DNA from: a virus
Taxonomy: Duplodnaviria > Caudoviricetes
Virus record (IMG/VR): IMGVR_UViG_3300035670_000009
Span: 128,001-192,000 of that record
Length of the DNA stretch: 64,000 nt
Reading direction: 5' to 3' (one strand)
This document shows, piece by piece, positions 29,965-39,100 of this stretch; the stretch's first letter is position 1, and each line of letters opens with the position of its first letter. Both the position numbers and the translations under genes were made by a program. The notes beneath the pieces are model-generated. The model searched no databases. It was given only the letters and a program-made list of their open reading frames with translations, and was not told the DNA's origin.

Positions 29965-30591
29965 CTAGTTGTTGCCGCGGTTCAAGAGCGAATACATCAA
30001 AAGGGCGCCAGCAGCTGGAATGCCGAGCTTTCCCGCTCGCGGAAGTTTGCTGAAATTTTTGGCCAGTTCGCCGCTCCCTCGGAGCGTACTTTTGATGTAG
30101 GGCGCGGCAGCTGGTACTGCCTTGCCAGCCTGCAACGCGCCGCGCACCGCCGCGCGATTAATCTGTTTGGCCGCGATCGGCGCATAGCCTGCAGCGGCAG
30201 CGGCACCAGCAGCGCCCAGGCCGACGCCGACGCCCTTGGCTACTGGGCTGAGTTTGCTTTTTACCGGCGCCTGAAGACTCTTTGGAGGCGGCGCAGTCGC
30301 GTCGCCAAGCATTTTTGCGCCGAGCGTCAAACCACCTGCGCCCAAACCGCCAAGCAGCGCGTAGTGAAGCGCTTTCCGTTTTTTGTCTTCGCCGCCGGTT
30401 GCAAGGCCGAGCAGCCCGCCTGCGCCAGCGCCTAGCAACGCATTACGCAGCGCAGGATTTTCCAGCGCTCCCGAAAGATGCGACTGGATGTCGCCCATAT
30501 TCAGCGCCGCCTTCACCATTGGATCTGGCTCGCCGTACACCGCTTGGTGCGCCAGGTTTTCGGCAAGGGCTTGAAGTGTGGTGTCTTCCAT
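29965..30591 (-). CDS. Gly-zipper hydrophobic protein, possible internal virion protein
   Basis: 208 aa; LLGAGAGGLLGLA, LLGGLGAGGLTLG, GVGVGLGAAGAAA. Confidence 0.65.
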   Translation of the reverse strand: MEDTTLQALAENLAHQAVYGEPDPMVKAALNMGDIQSHLSGALENPALRNALLGAGAGGLLGLATGGEDKKRKALHYALLGGLGAGGLTLGAKMLGDATAPPPKSLQAPVKSKLSPVAKGVGVGLGAAGAAAAAGYAPIAAKQINRAAVRGALQAGKAVPAAAPYIKSTLRGSGELAKNFSKLPRAGKLGIPAAGALLMYSLLNRGNN

Positions 30592-30598
30592 GACTTCC

Positions 30599-32455
30599 TC
30601 AAATCATCTGCCGTTCGAGATTTTTTGTGTCCATCTGAGCTTTTGCAGTTTCGGCCCTGGCCTTCTCCATGTCGATGAGCTGCTTCACATCGAAGTCGGC
30701 CATCTGCCCGGACTCAAGCCGTTTGCGCAGCAGCGCTTGCATAGCGGCCGGGGAGTCAACAAACTGCGGCGCCACGTCTGCCAGCTCGTTGAAAGCCTGC
30801 GCCACCTCGGTTGGATCGTGGCCGGAGATCACCGGGTCGTTAAGCACCATATCGTGGAGCATGCTCTGTGCCCGGATGTTGCGCAGGGCCGTCTCGTGCT
30901 CCGGATCGGTAAGGCTCTGGTAGGCCTTGGTCTTCATCTTTTTCTCGCCTTCAGCCGCGCCCTGCGCCATTCGGCTGGCGATGGCCTTGGCCGCGCTGAG
31001 GAAACCGCTGCGCACCGGAGCAAGGCTAAAGCCGCCGCTTTCGCGCTCGCCGCCGCGGCTACCTTGTCGCCGCTGCCGACCAGAACGTGATGGTTGAGAA
31101 GGGCGGCCACCGCCGCCAGAACCGCCACCGCCAGAACCGCCACCGCCAGGACCGCCACCGCCAGGACCGCCGCCTACTGGCCCCGCGTCTTCAAAGCTGT
31201 CGGGTTCCGCGCCCTCGTCTGAGTAATCGAGTTCGTCGTCTTCTGGAATTAGCGGCGAGCCGGAGTTTCGCTGTTGCTGCTGGCGCGCAGCTCGATTAGC
31301 AGCCTCGTGCGCCAGTTGCTCGGACCGCATCCGGTCGTATTCATCTTCGGGCATTGTTTCGTCCTGATGCACCCAAACAGGGTTGCCGAGCTTATTGTCA
31401 GGCATAACAAGTCGGAAATTGTCGCCCGGCGATGGTCGCCGATTGACAAAGTCTGCATGCGCTGCCGGGTCGACCTCAGTTCCCTTGTTGCCAAGCCGCG
31501 GCGCGCCTTCTTGCCCAGCGCGCGGCGGATCGACTAGGCCCCAGCGATCGCCAGCCGCCATGGCGCCCTTTAACACCAGCGGTTCATCGGCCGGGTTGTG
31601 CAGAATGCTTCCGGTGACGACCGCTGGCTCAGCTTTTTTTGCTGCGGCCTGCTTCGCCGCGGGCACCCGCGCCTGCGCCTCGTTGTAAGCTTCAAGGGCG
31701 CTGAGCACCGCGGCGGCCAGCTTGCAGGGCTGGCAATCGCCGATGATGACGTCCTTTGTGGCGGCCTGCTTGGTCAGGTGCGGGTAAACGGCGGCTAGCT
31801 TGTTAAGCACGGTCACGCCGTCCTCGCCGTAGCGCAATTCGGTCTCGCGCACGGCGTCTTGAAAACTCAAATTGCCCGGACGGCGGAAATACTCGTGAAG
31901 CTCTTCCATCGCCGCCGCGGCTTTGCTGTAAGCCGCCGTGGCCTGACGACGAAGCTCTTCCTGGGCCAACTCTGCAGCCCGCTTCTCAGAGGCAGCCCGT
32001 CGAACGGCCGCTTCTTCGTCGCGAGGCGGAGGGACCCACGTCTTCTCGGGCAAAGATATCTTTGCAGCGGCCTCCTTGGACTGCGCGGCCTTGCGGCGCG
32101 CCAGCATTCCGGCAGGACTAACGGCGTAGTCGGCCGAAACCGCATGCGCGCTTGAAAGTTCAGCAGAAGTTTTCACCGCTTTGGGAAACAACGCGTCCAT
32201 CACGGTGTCGGCGTCGGCCAGAGGGAAGTCGGCTGCCTTTTCCAGCGTGCTTTCGCCCTGCTCGCGTTGTTTGGTCGTGCGGCCCGTGTTGTAGGCGTGG
32301 ACCATAAGATTGATATGGCCCGCGGGAACGTCCGACTCGCTGGCGCTCTTGATGATCGCGGCGTTCGGAGTAAGACCGGCGTTCACGTAGCTGGCCGCGC
32401 GCTCAATCGCGCTGATCAGCTGTGCTTCAGCCTGTTTCGAAAGGGGCTGCATCAT
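30599..32455 (-). CDS. large helical head-module protein with a low-complexity insertion
   Basis: 618 aa; many K-x-A motifs (SKQAE, EKAAD, SKEAA, TKQAA, AKQAA). Confidence 0.7.
   Translation of the reverse strand: MMQPLSKQAEAQLISAIERAASYVNAGLTPNAAIIKSASESDVPAGHINLMVHAYNTGRTTKQREQGESTLEKAADFPLADADTVMDALFPKAVKTSAELSSAHAVSADYAVSPAGMLARRKAAQSKEAAAKISLPEKTWVPPPRDEEAAVRRAASEKRAAELAQEELRRQATAAYSKAAAAMEELHEYFRRPGNLSFQDAVRETELRYGEDGVTVLNKLAAVYPHLTKQAATKDVIIGDCQPCKLAAAVLSALEAYNEAQARVPAAKQAAAKKAEPAVVTGSILHNPADEPLVLKGAMAAGDRWGLVDPPRAGQEGAPRLGNKGTEVDPAAHADFVNRRPSPGDNFRLVMPDNKLGNPVWVHQDETMPEDEYDRMRSEQLAHEAANRAARQQQQRNSGSPLIPEDDELDYSDEGAEPDSFEDAGPVGGGPGGGGPGGGGSGGGGSGGGGRPSQPSRSGRQRRQGSRGGERESGGFSLAPVRSGFLSAAKAIASRMAQGAAEGEKKMKTKAYQSLTDPEHETALRNIRAQSMLHDMVLNDPVISGHDPTEVAQAFNELADVAPQFVDSPAAMQALLRKRLESGQMADFDVKQLIDMEKARAETAKAQMDTKNLERQMI
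31106..31175. repeat. 15-bp tandem repeat (about 4.5 copies) encoding a GGGGP/GGGGS linker
   Basis: accgccaccgccag(a/g) units at 31121, 31136 and 31151 plus flanking partial copies. Confidence 0.9.
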
Positions 32456-33384
32456 TATTCTCCCGGGAACCGTAGGTCCTGGATCAATTTTTGGTCGGTT
32501 AGTTTACCGCCAGCGGCGACAATCATCAGCTCGTCGTTGCGCAACTCTGCCGCTCTGTCATCGTAAGGTAACATTTTCTCGGCTGCGGATTCCAGTTTTG
32601 TCCCAATTCGGAACGGCAAGGCGCCCAGCATGGCGCCTATGTTCTCAACGATTGTGCTTTGTGCTTTCCCGGCGTTTTCGCTGGTTTTTTCGATCTGCAC
32701 GTACTGTACAAAACTGTCAATAATCGCCAGCTGCGTGTGCGTGTTAATAGGCACCGTAAGCGTGGCGATAGCCGCTTTGTGCTTCACGGTGTTCACGGCA
32801 AAGTCCTGGAAGAACTGGCCGACGTCCTCGGGTCGTTCAGGCTTGGAAATAGGGCTGCACTTCGAAATAACCGACTCCAGCACATAGGGGCCGCCTTGGT
32901 AGCCAAAAAGCTTCCAGAGCAGGTCGTACTGTCGCTCAGACACGCCGCGAGTTACAGCGTCGGCCATAACTACGTTTACAACGTAAAGTTTGTCGTTGAG
33001 CCGGTCCCGGACGTCGAAGAACACGTTCTCGTACGCCTCAATGATCTCGGAGTTGGTGCCGATCTTTGCGGCAATCTGCTGACTGGTCATTCCCGCCAGG
33101 ACGCAAGCCTCTATGGCCCAGCGCATCGGGCTTCGTTCGTCGAGCCACATTGAATGCGCCCAAAACAAATCCCGGTCGTACTGGATCAGGCGGTACAGCG
33201 CGTCAGGTCGGTTGCCAGCCTTTTCGTAACGCCGCTTCATCCGCGACGCCCGGCGGATCCACGCAAAACCGGTTTCGCCGTCCGCGGCCCTGGTCGCCCG
33301 CGGACCGCCAGTGTCGATCTGAACAGCCCGCAGCCAACGCCAATTCGGCGCGCGGCGCGGGTTATCGCGAAGTGCTTGAAGCAT
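32455..33384 (-). CDS. hypothetical protein
   Basis: 309 aa, 1-nt overlaps at both ends. Confidence 0.7.
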   Translation of the reverse strand: MLQALRDNPRRAPNWRWLRAVQIDTGGPRATRAADGETGFAWIRRASRMKRRYEKAGNRPDALYRLIQYDRDLFWAHSMWLDERSPMRWAIEACVLAGMTSQQIAAKIGTNSEIIEAYENVFFDVRDRLNDKLYVVNVVMADAVTRGVSERQYDLLWKLFGYQGGPYVLESVISKCSPISKPERPEDVGQFFQDFAVNTVKHKAAIATLTVPINTHTQLAIIDSFVQYVQIEKTSENAGKAQSTIVENIGAMLGALPFRIGTKLESAAEKMLPYDDRAAELRNDELMIVAAGGKLTDQKLIQDLRFPGE

Positions 33385-33779
33385 TAGCCCATCTTCGGGA
33401 CTTCAATCGTCACCGAGAACACAAAGTTCTTGGCGCCCGAGCCCGCCGGGGTGATCTTCAGGTAAAGATATCTTTGTGGATTTGTCGGCGTGCCGTCTCG
33501 GTTGATATAGGCCACTTCAGCGCTGTGGTCGTCGACCTTGGCCGCCGTGGGCAGCGTGATGTCGAGAATGTGAAACGCCTCAGCGGGCAACGTGCTGTTT
33601 GGCGCAGTGTCCTGTTTGCTGGTGTAGAGCGCCGCAGCGGCACCGGCATTGGCGCCGCTAGTCTGTGTCAGGCTGTAGCCGCGAATAATGCCGCGGTGCG
33701 GCACGCGAATTGGAACCACCGTCTGCGTGCCGCTCGCAGCTTCAAACGTCGTTTCGCCTGACCAAATCGTACTTGCCAT
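33384..33779 (-). CDS. hypothetical beta-rich protein
   Basis: 131 aa, tightly packed. Confidence 0.65.
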   Translation of the reverse strand: MASTIWSGETTFEAASGTQTVVPIRVPHRGIIRGYSLTQTSGANAGAAAALYTSKQDTAPNSTLPAEAFHILDITLPTAAKVDDHSAEVAYINRDGTPTNPQRYLYLKITPAGSGAKNFVFSVTIEVPKMG

Positions 33780-33788
33780 GTTTCACCT

Positions 33789-36164
33789 TTAAGCGCTTGC
33801 GACATTGGAGAGGTCGGTGTCTGAGCCGCCTTCTTCTGGATACGGCTCAATCGTCTTTTGCTTGAGGAAGAGAATTACGTCGCCCAGCATTTCAAAGGCG
33901 TTACGCAACGAATCTTCCAGCTCTGGCATATCAGATTTGCCATAACGATCAGCGAACCGATCACCGTGCCAATAGAACATGAACAAAATGCGGCCCAGCT
34001 TGTCGAGGCCATTGGTCAGCTCGCCCATATAACGATCGACCAACGAATCGTCCCGGACAGCGCGCAGCATCGAGCCGATCATCGCCGTGTCGAACACTTC
34101 TTTCTGGCCTGTCTCGGCGGCCTGCATCACGCTGCGGATATCTTTTTTGTCCAGTCGCGTGTTCGGGTTATAGATCTGCCGATCGGTGTTGGCGGCCGCC
34201 ATGTCCGACACCGGCATACCAATATCTATGCCCATTTGAGTTGGGACGTCGGCGCCCATGATTGTTTCGCCGCCCATCACCGGACCCGGATCGGTCGGCG
34301 CCGTTGGGCCCTGATTGACCATCATCGGCGCGCCGTACGGATTGGCATACTTCACGCGGCAAGCGAACTTCTTTTTTGCCGCCGCTGTCTTGAGGATCGC
34401 GCGAGCAGCGTCCTCACGCAGACCATGATGCTCAACAAGCGTCACCAGCGCGGCAATCGGGCTGCGCGCGGCTTCTTTGTTGATCGTGACTTCTGTGCCG
34501 TTGTGGTAGACCTCGAGCGCGGCGGTCTTGCCTAGCAGTTCAAGCTGCGCGTCAGCCAGGTTGCCGGGCATCAGCGGCGGCATCTCGCTCTGGCCGCATC
34601 CGCACGCGCCCTGGTCCTCGGCCGTCTCATCGTCATCTTCGCCGGGAGCGCACTTGAGCAGCTTGTAGCCCTCGGGGACAAAAATGTCGCCCATCGAGCT
34701 GCGCAAACTGGAACCTTTCTTGCCGTTGAGATGGATCCGGACGCCGTCGCGCCACTTGTCGTAGTTCAGCGGGTCGGTATAGCAGCAGCTGGAGATGTGA
34801 CCCTTTGGCGGAAACTTCGAATGGTCCTCCATGTGGACCTCGTAACTCGTCACGCCGAATTCGCTCTCGCCGTACTCGCGGATCACGCGAACCGGAACGG
34901 TGGCGTCGCCGTTCTTGTGCACCAACATGTAGCGCCCGCTCGACGGAAGGCTGTTTGCGTCTGGTAAGCCGTTAAACCACTCTTCTTCTTCCTTGTCGGT
35001 CGGGCAGGCGACACAAAACACCTGGTCTGCGCGCGTGTTAATCCACTCAGGCTTGCCCTCGGTACGGACGACGGTGACAAAGTCCGAACGCTTCGCGGGC
35101 CCCATCGGGAACATGGCGATGTAAACCCGCTCAATGTTGCCCGGCTTGACGAGGATGTCGTAAAGACCCGAGCTGGTCGGGTTCCAAAGTTTCTTTTCAA
35201 CCTGAATGTGATAGGGAATCGACACGTTGTCCCGCTCGCGCTGATCGAGAATCAGCACGCCGTCGCGGAGCAGCTTTTCCTGGTCTTCCTCGGTAGTCTC
35301 CGGCGGAAGCTTGGTCTGCATTGTGACGTTCATCGTGATGATCTTGAGCCCTGCGACGGCCGGGCTCTTTTCAGGTGCCTCCGACAGCACACTGGCGATC
35401 TTCGGGCGATTTTCGCGTTCCTTGGCCGCCGCGATGGCTTCCTTGATCACGCCCAGGCCGTGAAACTCATCAAATGCCTTGGCCAGCGCCGGGGCGTCTT
35501 GGAACGTCTTGACGAGCATGTCGATCGTCGTGACGCGGGCTTCTTTAAGAAACCGCGGCAGATCTAACGCCCGGCCGATTTCCTGAAACACCAGCGCCGT
35601 GTTCATCGTGGCGCACTTAGCAAAAGTCGGCATCGCGGCCGTCATCATCTCGCGCAGCGTTGGCTTGGCCGAGCCAAACTTCGCCGGACTGCGAGAGAGC
35701 TGCGTGAAATCGGGCTGCCGCTGGCCCATTGACGACCGATTGCGGTCCACCGCGCTGCCCAAAATGTTGGGCTTGCGGTTCACCAAGTAGTTAATCCAGT
35801 TTTCTTTAAGCGGCACGAACATGTCCTGGTTTTTGATGTACAGGAGTTCGTGACCTTTAAGGTCGCCGTTAAGAAAAAAGACTGGAGCATAAAGCCAATT
35901 CGAGCCAACTTTGAACGCAAAAACGCCAATAGCTTTGGTGTTTTCGCGATTGCGGTCTAGCAGCTGAAAACCGATTTCGTGGTCCAGCAGCCGCGGAGCT
36001 GAATCACGCAGATAGGCGTGCGCCAGGTTACTGAACGCCTGCTCAAACGACGTGGAGTCGCCTTTGCCGCCAAAATCGGCGGCTTTCGTTTGCGTCCGGT
36101 CGTGCAAACGTACTACGTTCAGCCAGTGCGCCTGGGACGATTCAGTCTTCTTGCGGTTGTACAC
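33789..36164 (-). CDS. large head-module protein of unknown function
   Basis: About 791 aa; GTG start 8 nt after GGAGG; K-x-A motifs (TKAA, KEAR, GKTAA, NKEAA). Confidence 0.7.
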   Translation of the reverse strand: MYNRKKTESSQAHWLNVVRLHDRTQTKAADFGGKGDSTSFEQAFSNLAHAYLRDSAPRLLDHEIGFQLLDRNRENTKAIGVFAFKVGSNWLYAPVFFLNGDLKGHELLYIKNQDMFVPLKENWINYLVNRKPNILGSAVDRNRSSMGQRQPDFTQLSRSPAKFGSAKPTLREMMTAAMPTFAKCATMNTALVFQEIGRALDLPRFLKEARVTTIDMLVKTFQDAPALAKAFDEFHGLGVIKEAIAAAKERENRPKIASVLSEAPEKSPAVAGLKIITMNVTMQTKLPPETTEEDQEKLLRDGVLILDQRERDNVSIPYHIQVEKKLWNPTSSGLYDILVKPGNIERVYIAMFPMGPAKRSDFVTVVRTEGKPEWINTRADQVFCVACPTDKEEEEWFNGLPDANSLPSSGRYMLVHKNGDATVPVRVIREYGESEFGVTSYEVHMEDHSKFPPKGHISSCCYTDPLNYDKWRDGVRIHLNGKKGSSLRSSMGDIFVPEGYKLLKCAPGEDDDETAEDQGACGCGQSEMPPLMPGNLADAQLELLGKTAALEVYHNGTEVTINKEAARSPIAALVTLVEHHGLREDAARAILKTAAAKKKFACRVKYANPYGAPMMVNQGPTAPTDPGPVMGGETIMGADVPTQMGIDIGMPVSDMAAANTDRQIYNPNTRLDKKDIRSVMQAAETGQKEVFDTAMIGSMLRAVRDDSLVDRYMGELTNGLDKLGRILFMFYWHGDRFADRYGKSDMPELEDSLRNAFEMLGDVILFLKQKTIEPYPEEGGSDTDLSNVASA

Positions 36165-36247
36165 AGCGGCCACCTCCGTGCGGCATTTTCAGGGCGTGTA
36201 AATAGCGATTTACCGCGCCGAGACCTCTACATCCTACAGAATCGGGC

Positions 36248-38122
36248 TTATGGGCGCCATCCGCTCGTTGCGCCAGTCATTCCAAAGGTTTCTCCGCGGG
36301 CCAGCCCTGGCACAAAGCTGCTGCCCGCGGTGTCGCTAGTTGCGCCCCGATGCACGCTGCTAAGCAGGCCGCGTTCTTGGTACGAGCCGAGCATACGCGT
36401 CATCCAGTCCGGGTCGTTCGAAATATTCGCCATGCCGCGAACCATTTCTGGCTGAAAAGGCGGCTGCTGCTTGTGCGCCTCGATATTGTTAATGCCGTAT
36501 TTTTGCAGCGTATTAACGACGTTACGGCCAATTTTCGTGCCAATTGAATAGTGCAACACGGGCCGCTCCAAATAATGGCCCTGCAGGCTCTTGGGCGCGC
36601 CTGTCACACTGCCCGCGCGGGGTTGCCAATTTCGCTCGATCATCGAATATGGCACAACGTCGTCTGGGTTGTATTCGCCATGCTCGTCGGTCATACGGAC
36701 GTGATTCACCAGCCCGCGCGCGAGCAGCTCGATGTTGCGGCGGTGGCCGTTGACGTTAGAGTTTTGAAGTACCTGCCGCATGGCTTGAACGAAATACCGG
36801 CGGCCCTCGCCGATGCCCTTGTGGCGCACCACTTCGGACGGATTAGGCATGCCGTCGGTGAGCGAGTCACCTGCCTCGATCTCCTGGCCCTTTTTGACGG
36901 TGATCTCGCGGTCCACCGGGATGTAGTGGTCCTGGCCGCCGACCTGGACGTAGTAACCGCCCTGGGGCGCCTCCTTGATCTCTTGGACGTGGCCGTCAAC
37001 TTGGGCGTGCGTGGCGCCATTGGGGTATTTCTTGGGAACCTGGACCAACGCGTTGATCGCTTTGAAGCCGCCAATAGCGCTCGCGCCACCGACGCCGCCG
37101 GAATGTTTAGACGAGATCTGCGCTTGGGTAACTGGTTCCGACAGAGCTTGCGCTGCGGCGATGCCAACGTAGTCGCCAATAGGCGGCATTTTGCCCTTCT
37201 CGCGATAGCCGACGTCTCTGGCGTACACGCCGCCGTCGTCTGGGCCGCCGACCAACGGACTGCGAACCAGCAGATCCTGCACGCCCATTCCTTTGATATC
37301 TTTCAAAATCTTCGGCGTCAGAACAGTATTGCGCTTGTATGGTCCGACGGGTCGGGCGAGCAGCGCGCCTTCGTTGTCCATGTCGTCGACGTCAGTGGGA
37401 TAGCCGCGGTCGTGCGCGGTGGCATTGCGCTCCTGATCGTCGTCATCGTCGGCGGTGACGAGCAGCCGATGCGTCATTTGGCTGAGCTGCTTGCCGAAAA
37501 AACCCGCGTCCGCAGTAGCCGTCTTCAGGTCGAGCACGCCCTTGCGGGCGCCAAAGGCGCCCGCAAAATACTCTACGGGCCGTAAACCCTGGCCGTAGCC
37601 GCGCAGTACGGGAATAGGAATAGGCTCGTTTTTATGGTCGACGTACTGCAAGTCTGCGCCGATAAGTGAGTTGAGGCTGAACTTGTTTCCGCGGCTAACG
37701 CCGTGGACCTGGTGAGCCAGCGGGTTGTCCGTTGCCTTGGCTTCTTCGTAGACCTTTTCAACGAGGTCTTTTTGCGCGGTCGAGGCGAGCTGGAGCAGCT
37801 TGAGGTTACGCGTTTTCTCGTCGAGCGCGCGGTCGGCGAGAATGCCGCGGAGCTGCATCTGCACTTTGTGCTGCGCCTCCTTGGCGGCGACGGTCTGCTT
37901 GATGTCCTTCAGCCCGAACGAAAGACCACCCGCCGAATAAGACGTGTCGCGGGCCACGTCGTGAAGGTTCTTCATGACCTCCCGATACTTGTCGGGATGC
38001 TTTTCGGCGAGCTGCGTCGCGAGATTACCCATGTCTTTCTTAGTGAGGACGCGGTTGTAGTCGCGCAGATCTTCCGGCAGCGCTTCGTTAACGAGAATCT
38101 GGCCGAGTGTGGTTTTAAGCAT
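36248..38122 (-). CDS. rpoC: DNA-directed RNA polymerase beta-prime C-terminal chain (bridge helix, trigger loop)
   Basis: KTTLGQ start; bridge helix YFAGAFGARKGVLDLKTATADAGFFGKQL; trigger loop VGIAAAQALSEPVTQAQISSKHSGG; HRRNIELLARG. Confidence 0.9.
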   Translation of the reverse strand: MLKTTLGQILVNEALPEDLRDYNRVLTKKDMGNLATQLAEKHPDKYREVMKNLHDVARDTSYSAGGLSFGLKDIKQTVAAKEAQHKVQMQLRGILADRALDEKTRNLKLLQLASTAQKDLVEKVYEEAKATDNPLAHQVHGVSRGNKFSLNSLIGADLQYVDHKNEPIPIPVLRGYGQGLRPVEYFAGAFGARKGVLDLKTATADAGFFGKQLSQMTHRLLVTADDDDDQERNATAHDRGYPTDVDDMDNEGALLARPVGPYKRNTVLTPKILKDIKGMGVQDLLVRSPLVGGPDDGGVYARDVGYREKGKMPPIGDYVGIAAAQALSEPVTQAQISSKHSGGVGGASAIGGFKAINALVQVPKKYPNGATHAQVDGHVQEIKEAPQGGYYVQVGGQDHYIPVDREITVKKGQEIEAGDSLTDGMPNPSEVVRHKGIGEGRRYFVQAMRQVLQNSNVNGHRRNIELLARGLVNHVRMTDEHGEYNPDDVVPYSMIERNWQPRAGSVTGAPKSLQGHYLERPVLHYSIGTKIGRNVVNTLQKYGINNIEAHKQQPPFQPEMVRGMANISNDPDWMTRMLGSYQERGLLSSVHRGATSDTAGSSFVPGLARGETFGMTGATSGWRP

Positions 38123-38123
38123 C

Positions 38124-38363
38124 TCACGGCTTCCAGAGCATCTTGTCGATCGGCTTGGGTGTGAGGTCGTTGACCACTACAGTCTTATCAACGCCGAGAA
38201 CGCGAAGAAGATTATGAAAGTCGTCATCGCCAACGTGCGAGCAGATGATGTGATCGTCATGCTGCAGCGCCACGTAGATCGGGTTTCCCAGGTCATCTTC
38301 AACGATGACGCTGTGCGCCCGCTGCTCGTGTGGCTGCAGGTTGTGTTGCAGCTTAACGCGCAC
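38124..38363 (-). CDS. small hypothetical protein
   Basis: 79 aa, overlaps the upstream stop and ends 1 nt before the next ATG. Confidence 0.65.
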   Translation of the reverse strand: MRVKLQHNLQPHEQRAHSVIVEDDLGNPIYVALQHDDHIICSHVGDDDFHNLLRVLGVDKTVVVNDLTPKPIDKMLWKP

Positions 38364-39087
38364 GCTCGAGGCTCCTGAACAACGCCGCCACGGCCGCTGC
38401 CTTCAGCTGCGTCTCTGTCGGCGCGTCCGGGTTCTGCTCGGCAAATTGGGCCAGCGGTTTATCCCACCAATGCGCCATTTTTCCGGCCGACGGGTCCATC
38501 GGTGCCTGGCTCGGATCCATCGGCCCGCCCGGGGGCATCGGGCCGCCGGGGGGCTGCGGACCAGCTGGCGCGTTGGGGTCCTGGGGCGGCGGGGCCATCG
38601 GGCCGCCAGGTAATGCCGTCTCGGCAGGCGGCGCGCCGGTTGTGCCCGGCGGAAGAACGAGCGACTCGGGCGGAACCTGGACCCCCATCGCGTTCATAAT
38701 TGCCGTTAGCTGCTGCTGCATGTTATAGAGCCGATAGTCAAGCATCTGCATCATCTGCTCGGGCTTGAGTTTTTGCTGGCCAGGAACTCCGCCCTGCGGC
38801 GTGGCAGGCGGCATCGGGGCCGGAGCGGCCGCGGGAGGAGCGGCAGCTGTTGCGGCGCCAGTCGGATCCTGCGAGGGGTCAATCGGCGCAGCGCCCATGG
38901 CGGCCGTGGCAGGATCGACGGGCTGCGCAGCGCCCTGAACGCCCAGCTGCGAAGGGTCGGGAGCTTCGCCGCCCATTGGAGGCGCGCCCTGAGCGGCCAT
39001 CATGGCAGCATCCGACGGCACGACCGCGGACTTCTCGAACGCGTGACGAGCCATCTTTAGCAGCTCGGGATTGACCGTGAAACTCAT
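38353..39087 (-). CDS. Pro/Ala/Gln-rich, probably disordered protein
   Basis: 244 aa; SD GGAGG; central helix QMLDYRLYNMQQQL. Confidence 0.7.
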   Translation of the reverse strand: MSFTVNPELLKMARHAFEKSAVVPSDAAMMAAQGAPPMGGEAPDPSQLGVQGAAQPVDPATAAMGAAPIDPSQDPTGAATAAAPPAAAPAPMPPATPQGGVPGQQKLKPEQMMQMLDYRLYNMQQQLTAIMNAMGVQVPPESLVLPPGTTGAPPAETALPGGPMAPPPQDPNAPAGPQPPGGPMPPGGPMDPSQAPMDPSAGKMAHWWDKPLAQFAEQNPDAPTETQLKAAAVAALFRSLERAR

Positions 39088-39100
39088 GGGAACCTCCGTG

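Noticed and set aside
34136-37303. Partial palindrome matches (GGATATCTTT near 34137, TGATATCTTT near 37294)
   Set aside because: Two or more mismatches to AWAGATATCTWT, so excluded from the count.
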